Virus record (IMG/VR): IMGVR_UViG_3300025652_000032
Coordinates: 1 to 64,000 of that record
DNA from: a virus
Reading direction: 5' to 3' (one strand)
Length of the DNA stretch: 64,000 nt
Shown here: positions 1 to 7,707 of the stretch, in pieces
How positions within the stretch are numbered: the first letter of the stretch is position 1
How the letters are laid out: each line of letters starts with the position of its first letter
The notes under the pieces: model-generated
The model's database searches: none
Told to the model about the DNA's origin: nothing
Seen by the model: the letters and a program-made list of their open reading frames with translations, nothing else
Translations under genes and position numbers: made by a program

Positions 1-1260
1 ATGGCACTAGAATTCTCAGAGATTGCAATGTTAGGTTGCATGTTCTACAAGAAAAAAGATCTGGTAAAGGCAGGTTCCAGTACAGAGAACCTCGTTTCCT
101 TTGTCAACTCCGTCAAGAAGATGATCGAGTCTACGGAAAAGATCAAGTTTGGATCTAGTAAAAACGAGTTTGTCCGTGCAATGAATCCACAGAACAACAA
201 AGTTCTGGATGATTTTTGTCGTGCGATATCTGGAGCAATAGGGACCAAGGAGTGGTTGACTAAACACCACAACGAACCGGCAGATACGGTAATCAAGACA
301 GGATACATGACAGGTAATATCTGGCCGTCGCCGGTAAATGCTTTTAAGTTCGAAGCGTTTGGTATGAAAGATTACAACTCTTCGGACATTATCCTTTATA
401 CGGGTAAACAGGGTTCTAACGAATACTACTACGGAGTCTCACTGAAAAAGAAAGATACGGAATTGGCCCCTGATCCCACCATCATCAACAAAGCATTCGA
501 CTCTATCATGGACGGTCCACAGTTTGATGCGATAAAAGACAAACTAAGAGATGTCCGTGTGAAATGGTTTGCTTCCAAAGTTAGAGAGGCAGATAAAAAG
601 GGATTGATTGAAATAGAAGATAGGCACAAAAAGTTAAACGATGCTGAACTTCTGATGGCAAAACCCACTGATCAAGAGAAAAAGGGATCAAAGGGTAAGC
701 AATATGTAAACCTCAAAGGAACATTGGCAGAGGGATATGACAACGAAGCAGCAAGTTTCAAAAAGTGGATGAATAAAGAAGTTGGTACTGGTAATCTGTT
801 CACACAACTGGTAAAAATTATTGAACCACACATGGAGATGTTTGCAAACTCACTAATCAACCTTGTATTTAAGGCAAAGTTGAACGATAAACTAAATGCG
901 AACAGAGATCTCGATAAATATTACTTTGGATTCACACTAGCAACAGGTGTCGGTAGACACCACCCAAAGACTGGACCAAGCATAGGTAAGGGACAAATAT
1001 ACCCACAGGAAAGTGTATTGTGTGCATTGAGTCACCTTGCTGCCGCAAAGAAACCTTACAAAATGGTGCAGGTTCCAAACCCTGCCGCCAAACAGGATTC
1101 GGTTGCTGCGAAGGTGTTCTTCGAGATCAGAGTGGGCAAAGTTAAACTTCTGGATCTCCAACTTCGTTACAAGGGCGACTTTAAGAGTCAACCGCAGTTC
1201 TTTGCATTCATGACTGATGATTTCAAAAAACTACTCAAGGGTGAATGTTTGGATCCGTGA
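1..1260 (+). CDS. Hypothetical phage protein, possible PD-(D/E)XK restriction-endonuclease-like fold (may begin upstream of the window)
   Basis: 419-aa ORF; SSDIIL...GVSLKKK resembles the D...(S)LK core of PD-(D/E)XK nucleases; function not established. Confidence 0.45.
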   Translation: MALEFSEIAMLGCMFYKKKDLVKAGSSTENLVSFVNSVKKMIESTEKIKFGSSKNEFVRAMNPQNNKVLDDFCRAISGAIGTKEWLTKHHNEPADTVIKTGYMTGNIWPSPVNAFKFEAFGMKDYNSSDIILYTGKQGSNEYYYGVSLKKKDTELAPDPTIINKAFDSIMDGPQFDAIKDKLRDVRVKWFASKVREADKKGLIEIEDRHKKLNDAELLMAKPTDQEKKGSKGKQYVNLKGTLAEGYDNEAASFKKWMNKEVGTGNLFTQLVKIIEPHMEMFANSLINLVFKAKLNDKLNANRDLDKYYFGFTLATGVGRHHPKTGPSIGKGQIYPQESVLCALSHLAAAKKPYKMVQVPNPAAKQDSVAAKVFFEIRVGKVKLLDLQLRYKGDFKSQPQFFAFMTDDFKKLLKGECLDP

Positions 1261-1263
1261 AAA

Positions 1264-1271
1264 GATAAATA
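1264..1271 (+). promoter_or_regulatory. T4-type late (gp55) promoter
   Basis: GATAAATA upstream of AGGAG RBS and ATG 1296. Confidence 0.6.
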
Positions 1272-1295
1272 GATATAAACTATTAGGAGACTATA

Positions 1296-3290
1296 ATGTC
1301 AATACCACATCAAGCGTTTCTTGCCATGCTGGCAGAGAAACAACAAATTCTTAGAGACAACCACCTCATCGACATCACCGAAACCATGCGGACAGATATC
1401 CAAGAGGCCTCATGCGGAAACATGAAGATCGATGAACCTCTCAAGGGTAAGGGTTATCCATACAACGAGAAGACTTTCAAACCCCACATGATGTATGATC
1501 CCAAGACTGGTAAGGGTTACGAGGCGAAAACCTACCAAGATCACCTTGAAATGAAGAAGAAGGGTTATGACCATGAGAAACCTGAAGTCAAGGAAGATAC
1601 TGAGCAAGTTGATGAACTCAAGGTAAAAACCTTAAGATCATACATCAGCAAGGCACAGAAGGACAACACCCAGCGTGTCATTCGAATGACAGACAAACCA
1701 AGTCACATGAAAGCAGACAAGGGTGAGATGAAGAAGTTACGAAAGAGACAAAAGGGTGTGGCAAATGCGAAGACTGATATCGCCATGCGTAGGATTGCCG
1801 GTAAAGACTACAGGAAGCGTATGGGTGAAGACGTTGAACAGGTTGATGAAGCAACTCGACACACCGTGCATGTCGAAACAAACAGAGCAGGTTATAGAAA
1901 ACTCGAAAAATTGATTGCCTCTCTTGATGGTTATCAGGAATCAGAGTTTGAAAAAGAAGGAAAAGCAACTTTCAGATTCGACGCAAAGAAGCACGATGGC
2001 ACTGAACGTAAGAAGGTAGCAGAGTTTATCAAGAAAACAGCAGGTGTTGAGTTTAGTCATGCAATCAAAGAAGACAACGAACTCGCAGAGGGACCAGCAA
2101 CCCAGAACCCTCTCAAGACTGCATTCGGTGGTCTGAAGGCAGCAAAGGATACCCCTTCATATAAAGCATATATGAAGAGAGTGGAAAAAGAGCAGAAGGC
2201 CAGAGCAAAGAAAATTGCTGCGGAACGCAAGGCAGGAAAGCGTAGCAAGTACGAGAATGTTGATCCTACAGAGATCGCAGGTATCCACAAATTGCGTGAA
2301 GATGATTCAGTCAATCCTGAATACGAAGAGAACCTTTCCAAGATGAACATCGGTGAAATGTCTGCAAAGGCACACTACAAGAAGTATCAAGCAAAGTTTG
2401 TCGTACCACCTATCGACAGGAGTCGTCATCCCAACAGAGAGCGAGAAGGACTCGAAGGTCCATATCGTAGTAAAAAATCTGGTAAGGTTTTCTACTACGA
2501 CACAAAGGCAGGAAAATATTATGATGCTGACTCGGATATCTACTTACAGGTTTCTGATGTCATAGAACGATATGAGTCTGCCGATGTCGCAAGAGAAAGA
2601 GACGAAAAGGAACTCAAGGAGTCCTTTCAGTTTCAGTTCGCAGACAAAGAAACCGCACAGGAGTTCATGCGAGAAATCTCACAGAAAAGATTAGGATCTT
2701 CGACCGGAACCAAAGATGGTAAAGTCAGAACAGAGGGTCCAGCAGGAGCAGGTGTCGGTAGTCCAACACGGGCGCATCAACAGATGGCAAAGATCATGAA
2801 GAAGCATGGTGGTAAACTGATCTCGACAGACGAAGGTCCACGCATGAAGAAAGTGTTCAAGGAAGATGTCTCCTACGAGGGCAAGAAACCTTACTTCGAC
2901 ATGAGCAAGAAGAGAAAGTTCAATGTCCCAGATAAAAGGACGAGACTAAAGGACACAGGCAAAAACCCTGCCAAGAAACCATACCCCAAACAAGTCGGCG
3001 AGGAGATCGATATGATTAACGAAGATGATGTAGAACGCAGAGAGATTGAACTGTTCACATCCAACCACGCACAGATTTATCGTCAGCGTATCCAACCCAT
3101 CATCAAGAACCTTGCTAAGAAGAAGGCAAAGGGAAACTACGATGATAAACTTGCCATCAAGGCATGGACATACGCAGTCAACGATGGAATCAAGGCGTAC
3201 AACAAGGAGTTCGGCAGTTCCATCAAACTCTCAAAGGCGGAGAAGGATAAAGCAGCAGAGTACCTGTTGAAACACTTCGAAGACGAATGA
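1296..3290 (+). CDS. Modular Lys/Glu-rich protein, putative internal head (poly)protein
   Basis: 664 aa; short modules separated by VDE/IKE/LKE/INE-type sites resembling gp21 cleavage sites; late promoter and RBS upstream. Confidence 0.6.
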   Translation: MSIPHQAFLAMLAEKQQILRDNHLIDITETMRTDIQEASCGNMKIDEPLKGKGYPYNEKTFKPHMMYDPKTGKGYEAKTYQDHLEMKKKGYDHEKPEVKEDTEQVDELKVKTLRSYISKAQKDNTQRVIRMTDKPSHMKADKGEMKKLRKRQKGVANAKTDIAMRRIAGKDYRKRMGEDVEQVDEATRHTVHVETNRAGYRKLEKLIASLDGYQESEFEKEGKATFRFDAKKHDGTERKKVAEFIKKTAGVEFSHAIKEDNELAEGPATQNPLKTAFGGLKAAKDTPSYKAYMKRVEKEQKARAKKIAAERKAGKRSKYENVDPTEIAGIHKLREDDSVNPEYEENLSKMNIGEMSAKAHYKKYQAKFVVPPIDRSRHPNREREGLEGPYRSKKSGKVFYYDTKAGKYYDADSDIYLQVSDVIERYESADVARERDEKELKESFQFQFADKETAQEFMREISQKRLGSSTGTKDGKVRTEGPAGAGVGSPTRAHQQMAKIMKKHGGKLISTDEGPRMKKVFKEDVSYEGKKPYFDMSKKRKFNVPDKRTRLKDTGKNPAKKPYPKQVGEEIDMINEDDVERREIELFTSNHAQIYRQRIQPIIKNLAKKKAKGNYDDKLAIKAWTYAVNDGIKAYNKEFGSSIKLSKAEKDKAAEYLLKHFEDE

Positions 3291-3296
3291 AAAAAC

Positions 3297-3327
3297 GGGG
3301 GAGTGCTTGACACTCCCCTATTTTTTT
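3297..3327 (+). terminator. Intrinsic terminator
   Basis: GGGGAGTG-CTTGA-CACTCCCC stem-loop followed by A-T7, directly after stop at 3290. Confidence 0.85.
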
Positions 3328-3335
3328 GCTATGAT
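3307..3335 (+). promoter_or_regulatory. sigma70-type early promoter
   Basis: TTGACA-17 nt-TATGAT with TG extended -10; the -35 lies in the terminator loop. Confidence 0.8.
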
Positions 3336-3362
3336 ATAACCAACTCACACCGGAGACTGTAG

Positions 3363-3866
3363 ATGAGCAGAAATGTGTTGCTGCTGAATGCTTCCGAAGA
3401 AGTAATAAATGTGATTGATTGGAAAAGAGCGATTACACTATTATTCTCGGGTAAGGCACAGGCGCCCTATAATTATGAACATGCATACGAAGTAAAGACA
3501 AACAACGGTAAATTCAGACTACCTTGTGCAATCATGCTTCTCAAGTATGTGCGATTGCCGTTTAGCACGGCAAACCCAACACGAAACAACATTCTCAAAC
3601 GAGATAGTTATCTGTGTCAATATTGTAGTACCCGTCTCACTGCAAAGAATACTACGTTGGATCATGTTATCCCGAAGAGTCGTGGTGGCGGTGGTGGATG
3701 GGAGAACCTCGTCTCCTCATGTATGAAATGCAACAATGTCAAGGGCAACCGCACCCCGCGAGAAGCAAATATGCCCCTGAACAAGAAACCACGCAAAGAA
3801 ACCAACATATCACTCCTGTTTATGTCTATGGGTGACGTTGAAGCATGGAAACGCTGGAACCTATAA
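3363..3866 (+). CDS. HNH endonuclease (McrA-like)
   Basis: RD..CQYC...[12 protein letters not shown]...WENLV..C..CN..KG. Confidence 0.9.
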   Translation: MSRNVLLLNASEEVINVIDWKRAITLLFSGKAQAPYNYEHAYEVKTNNGKFRLPCAIMLLKYVRLPFSTANPTRNNILKRDSYLCQYCSTRLTAKNTTLDHVIPKSRGGGGGWENLVSSCMKCNNVKGNRTPREANMPLNKKPRKETNISLLFMSMGDVEAWKRWNL

Positions 3867-3907
3867 CAAATTAGGCATTTTGTGTAAAACGTGCCTATAT
3901 ATTATAG

Positions 3908-4714
3908 ATGTATAGTTGTAAGCACATCTTTGTCAGTATAGCATTGTGTCTCGCGTTTATACTTACATCATCATGTTCTACCCCAGCAAAAGCAATCGAT
4001 GACTTACCCGGAACTTTCTTTAAGGATTCTGGGTTTATCTGGTTCCTCGATCCATCAGAAGGACCATTACAATGTGTGGGTTCGTTCCACAAAGAGAATG
4101 GTTCTTTGATCGGCGGAGGCACGCTCATTGATGAAGACACTATCATAACAGCAGCACATGTCGTAGAAGAGTCTACCGGCGCAACCAAGTTTCGTGTTGG
4201 TAAGACATTCTATGAGATAGAGAGCATCTGTCTCCATGAAGACTACGAAGGTAAAACTGCAATCAAGAACGACATTGCCATCGTAGAACTGAAAGGAAAG
4301 GTTATTGGGATAGAATTCCCGGATGTCAGTATTGATCCATCACACCTTTCGCCGTTCCGAAGACTTATCACCGTTGGGTATTCGTTAGGGATCAAAAAGA
4401 TCAGCAAACCAGGCGTAATGTTTTACTATGGCACACTAGAACGCGAACCCAACTTCTTCAAGATGTTACCGATGACAGAAACCATGAGGTTTGGTGACTC
4501 TGGTGGTGGTGTCTTTGTAATCGAGAACGGCAGATTTGTATTGGTCGGTGTGGTTTCTTACTTGCAGATATTACAGGAAGAAATAATAGACAACAGCGTA
4601 TTGAGAATTGATAGATATACAAACTGGTTAGATAATGCCGGAGTATTACCATCGAAGTGGAGTCCGCTCGATGAGATCGATTCTGAAATGCCTCATGAGG
4701 CAACACGATATTGA
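3908..4714 (+). CDS. Trypsin-like (S1) serine protease with N-terminal signal/lipoprotein-like segment
   Basis: Catalytic triad motifs TAAHV, NDIA, GDSGGG; hydrophobic N-terminus ending SSC. Confidence 0.85.
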   Translation: MYSCKHIFVSIALCLAFILTSSCSTPAKAIDDLPGTFFKDSGFIWFLDPSEGPLQCVGSFHKENGSLIGGGTLIDEDTIITAAHVVEESTGATKFRVGKTFYEIESICLHEDYEGKTAIKNDIAIVELKGKVIGIEFPDVSIDPSHLSPFRRLITVGYSLGIKKISKPGVMFYYGTLEREPNFFKMLPMTETMRFGDSGGGVFVIENGRFVLVGVVSYLQILQEEIIDNSVLRIDRYTNWLDNAGVLPSKWSPLDEIDSEMPHEATRY

Positions 4715-4820
4715 TCACCCGATTGCCTTTGTTGCGGACTATCTGGACCTCTTGTCCACGAAACGTCTAGAACTAAGGGAGCGGGGCGCCTGTAGTCTCC
4801 GAGAGACAGTACATACTTGG

Positions 4821-4868
4821 TATAAATATAGGAAAAGACTTGCACTAAAACAAAAAGGATGTTATAAT
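4821..4868 (+). promoter_or_regulatory. Tandem late promoter (TATAAATA 4821-4828) and sigma70 promoter (TTGCAC 4840-17 nt-TATAAT 4868)
   Basis: Both motifs read directly; ATG at 4875 lies 6 nt after the -10. Confidence 0.75.
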
Positions 4869-5528
4869 ATGAGTATGACTTTGAAGTTTACACACGTTGA
4901 TGATGCCGAGGCATTTGATGATCTAGAAGCGACAACAGAAGATTCTGGTAAGAGAGTATACAAAACGCCTTCCGGCATTTCCTACCCTTCCGTGACTACG
5001 GTAGTGGGATTTAAGAAGAGGGCGTTTTTTGCTGAATGGAGACGCAAGAATCCAGAGGAATCAAGACGAGTCCTTTCCAGAGGCAACACACTGCACTCAG
5101 TGATCGAGGACTACCTAGACAACAAAGACATCAGCATGGAAGACTGCGGACCTAACAGTTGGCAGTTGTTCGAGCAGTTGCGTCCTGAACTAGACAAGAT
5201 CAACAACGTCCATGCACAGGAAGTGCCTCTCTATTCAGATCTACTTACGTTAGCAGGTCGCGTGGACTGTGTTGCCGAATACGATGGTAAACTTTCGATC
5301 ATCGACTTCAAAGGAAGCACTCGCAACAAGAGTGTAAACGATATCGAAGAATACTTCATGCAGGCAACCGCATACTCGATCATGTGGCAAGAGAGGACTG
5401 GTACTCCTATCGATCAGATAGTCATCCTCATGTCATGCGAAACAGGAGACACAAACGCATTTGTTTCGTCTCCTGTTCGACATGTGAAAAATCTGAAAAA
5501 GATTATCGAAGAGTATTACGCTCAATAG
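4869..5528 (+). CDS. PD-(D/E)XK exonuclease (Cas4/lambda-exo-like, common in T4-like phages); start 4869 or 4875
   Basis: YPSVTTV, RGNTLHS, QEVPLYS, AGRVDCV, IIDFK, QATAY motifs. Confidence 0.85.
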   Translation: MSMTLKFTHVDDAEAFDDLEATTEDSGKRVYKTPSGISYPSVTTVVGFKKRAFFAEWRRKNPEESRRVLSRGNTLHSVIEDYLDNKDISMEDCGPNSWQLFEQLRPELDKINNVHAQEVPLYSDLLTLAGRVDCVAEYDGKLSIIDFKGSTRNKSVNDIEEYFMQATAYSIMWQERTGTPIDQIVILMSCETGDTNAFVSSPVRHVKNLKKIIEEYYAQ

Positions 5529-5839
5529 AGTCCAGTTGCTGACGAAGTGGCCGATGCAGCATTACCCAGTGTGTTGCGATCGAGAAGGGCCAGTACCTGC
5601 ACACAGTCACCGATTTCTACAATAGTACCCTTTTCGCCTCCGGTTTCGATCACTTGCAGTTTAACAAGATCCCCGGATGTGTTTCGATATTGAAATCCCA
5701 TCGCCCGAGTTGTTCCGCCTTGCCTAAAATAAAGTGCCTTTGGTGGGGGATTGAATGTAATCCCTGCACTCGTCCCGACACACTGAGAGTCTACGAATGT
5801 TCTATATGTTTGGAATGAATCACTTTTATTGACTGCCAT
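5522..5839 (-). CDS. Small hypothetical protein, possible head decoration/spike-base protein
   Basis: 105-aa ORF with RBS; KALY motif and C-terminal ATSSATGLY; weakly resembles its neighbour. Confidence 0.5.
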   Translation of the reverse strand: MAVNKSDSFQTYRTFVDSQCVGTSAGITFNPPPKALYFRQGGTTRAMGFQYRNTSGDLVKLQVIETGGEKGTIVEIGDCVQVLALLDRNTLGNAASATSSATGLY

Positions 5840-5848
5840 TATTTTACC

Positions 5849-6076
5849 TCAATACAGAATGTAAAGTGTTCCAGCGACCGGAAGCGCCTTGATTTTATAC
5901 ACACCAAATGGGACGATTTCCAAATGTGGAATCTTCAGTGTGGTTGTGTTTCCGTTTGAATCTTCCCACGAAATCTCTTGTGCCGCAGATGCGTGATCTA
6001 GATAAAGTGCTTGTGCCTTCTGATAGACCTGTTCGTCCACCGCGGCCTCAATTCTTTTGAATGTCTTGTACGCCAT
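5849..6076 (-). CDS. Small hypothetical protein, possible paralogue of 5522-5839
   Basis: 75-aa ORF, AGGAG RBS, QALY motif, ends ILY. Confidence 0.55.
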   Translation of the reverse strand: MAYKTFKRIEAAVDEQVYQKAQALYLDHASAAQEISWEDSNGNTTTLKIPHLEIVPFGVYKIKALPVAGTLYILY

Positions 6077-6100
6077 TTGTTTCTCCTATACTTTAAAAAC

Positions 6101-6116
6101 CTACATAGTATGTATA
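6101..6116. promoter_or_regulatory. Overlapping divergent late-promoter variants (TACATA on both strands)
   Basis: TACATA-G-TATGTA at 6102-6114 between divergent genes. Confidence 0.5.
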
Positions 6117-6149
6117 TCATAGATAATTTTTATGAAAACGAGGACCGAC

Positions 6150-7349
6150 ATGAATTCATTCAGAGAGTTCTTATCTGAATCAAAAAACCTCCATATGGAA
6201 CACATTGAGGATGCTATCTTCAATGAGGGAAGCAAAGGCACCGTGGAGGCCATACGGTTCTTGGAATCAGTAACCGATATGCTTTCTGGAAACAGTAAGT
6301 CGTCGGTTAACATTACAGTGAAGTGGGATGGCGCACCGGCAGTGTTTGCGGGAGTCAACCCAGAGAATGGAAAATTCTTTGTCGGATCGAAGTCTGTCTT
6401 CAACAAGACAACACCGAAGATCAACTACACGAATGCCGACATCGACAAGAATCATCCGGGGGGACTTGGTACTACTCTAAAGGTAGCACTCAAGGAACTC
6501 AAAAAACTGAATATCGAGGGAGTATTACAAGGCGATGTCATGTTTACTTCCGACGGCATCGAGGTACAGGATATTGACGGCGAAAGTCACATCACTTTCC
6601 AACCAAATACCATCACCTACGCAGTGCCATCTAACTCCGATCTCGCAAAAGTAATTAAGCGAGCAAAGATCGGAGTTATTTGGCATACTAAATACACAGG
6701 TAAAACAATGGCCACCATGAAGGCGGGATTTAATCCAAACATTAGTAAGTTAGGTAAATCATCAAGCGTCTGGTATGATAATGCATCGTTTAAAGATACT
6801 TCGGGCGCCAGCACCTTTACGAAGGCAGAAGTGAAAACGATGCGTGGTCTTATTGATGCTGCCAAGAAGAAGTTCAAGGCAGCAGGATCTTTCATAGATG
6901 AGTTGCAAAATAGCGACTTAGTATCTGAAGTGAAGATCTATGGCAATGCTCAGATCCGAAAGGGTACATCGAGTTTGTCTGCGGCGGATTTCCAAAAACG
7001 TATGGAAGACAAGATGCAGACTGCCATAGATAATTTGAAGACAGATAGAGCAAAGGAACGGAAGCAAAAAGTAATGGATACCTCCATGAAGTTTTTGTCT
7101 AAGAACCGAAAAAAACTCCAATCTGTCTTTGATCTACATGATTCTCTGACTCAAGCAAAGATTTATACCGTCAGGAAATTAGAGAGGGTAAAAAATCTAG
7201 GCACGTTTATCAAAACAGAGAACGGATTCAAAGTCACGGCACCAGAAGGATTCGTTGCCATAGATAAACCATCAGGCAATGCCCTGAAATTGGTTGATCG
7301 ATTAGAATTTTCTAAACTTAACTTCACAGTATCTAAAAACTGGACATAA
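6150..7349 (+). CDS. KxDG ligase-like covalent nucleotidyltransferase with capsid-targeting-like N-terminus
   Basis: GAGGA RBS before ATG 6150; MNSFREFLSE leader; KWDG (I), LQGD (III), EGFV (IV), LKLVDR (V). Confidence 0.7.
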   Translation: MNSFREFLSESKNLHMEHIEDAIFNEGSKGTVEAIRFLESVTDMLSGNSKSSVNITVKWDGAPAVFAGVNPENGKFFVGSKSVFNKTTPKINYTNADIDKNHPGGLGTTLKVALKELKKLNIEGVLQGDVMFTSDGIEVQDIDGESHITFQPNTITYAVPSNSDLAKVIKRAKIGVIWHTKYTGKTMATMKAGFNPNISKLGKSSSVWYDNASFKDTSGASTFTKAEVKTMRGLIDAAKKKFKAAGSFIDELQNSDLVSEVKIYGNAQIRKGTSSLSAADFQKRMEDKMQTAIDNLKTDRAKERKQKVMDTSMKFLSKNRKKLQSVFDLHDSLTQAKIYTVRKLERVKNLGTFIKTENGFKVTAPEGFVAIDKPSGNALKLVDRLEFSKLNFTVSKNWT

Positions 7350-7360
7350 GGAGAATACAT

Positions 7361-7522
7361 ATGAGAAGAGCAGACGTAAGAAAAATTGATGATTCACGAC
7401 TTGGTAGAGCAAAACTAACAGCAAAGGGTGCTAGACCCGAACCAGTCGCTGAAGTAGTTAAACCAGTAGTTGCAGCAAAACCTGCACCTAAGAAGAAGAA
7501 GAGTAAATTTGGAAAGGATTGA
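7361..7522 (+). CDS. Small basic hypothetical protein (53 aa)
   Basis: AGGAG RBS; MRRADVRKIDD...KKKKSKFGKD; below ORF-track cutoff. Confidence 0.7.
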   Translation: MRRADVRKIDDSRLGRAKLTAKGARPEPVAEVVKPVVAAKPAPKKKKSKFGKD

Positions 7523-7525
7523 TAA

Positions 7526-7651
7526 ATGGAAGTAATTCAAAACGCATTAGGAACAGCATTTTACACCGTAGTAGTGTTTGCCGCCGGCGCACTCGTAGGT
7601 GTACCATTATGGAACTGGGTACGCAAGTTCTTCCCGTGGAATAAGGACTGA
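7526..7651 (+). CDS. Small single-pass membrane protein (41 aa)
   Basis: MEVIQNALGTAFYTVVVFAAGALVGVPLWNWVRKFFPWNKD, 3 nt after previous stop. Confidence 0.7.
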   Translation: MEVIQNALGTAFYTVVVFAAGALVGVPLWNWVRKFFPWNKD

Positions 7652-7707
7652 TATCAGGCACGTTGGTGTCTCGGTGTCAACACTGCGGGAGGTGATCGGA
7701 AATCTAC

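Noticed and set aside
3895-3915. Possible fourth promoter/AUG hairpin at the protease start
   Set aside because: 7-bp all-AU/GU stem could arise by chance in AT-rich sequence; too weak to claim.
4635-4868. In-frame N-terminal extension of the exonuclease given by the ORF track
   Set aside because: It overlaps the protease end and spans the late and sigma70 promoters; no RBS; the homologous domain begins after 4869.
4869-5528. Cas4-like nuclease as evidence of a CRISPR system
   Set aside because: No cas1/cas2 or array; stand-alone exonucleases of this type are common in T4-like phages.
7686-7700. GGAGGTGATC matching the 16S rRNA 3' end
   Set aside because: Only 10 nt; best read as an extended Shine-Dalgarno for 7708, not an rRNA fragment.
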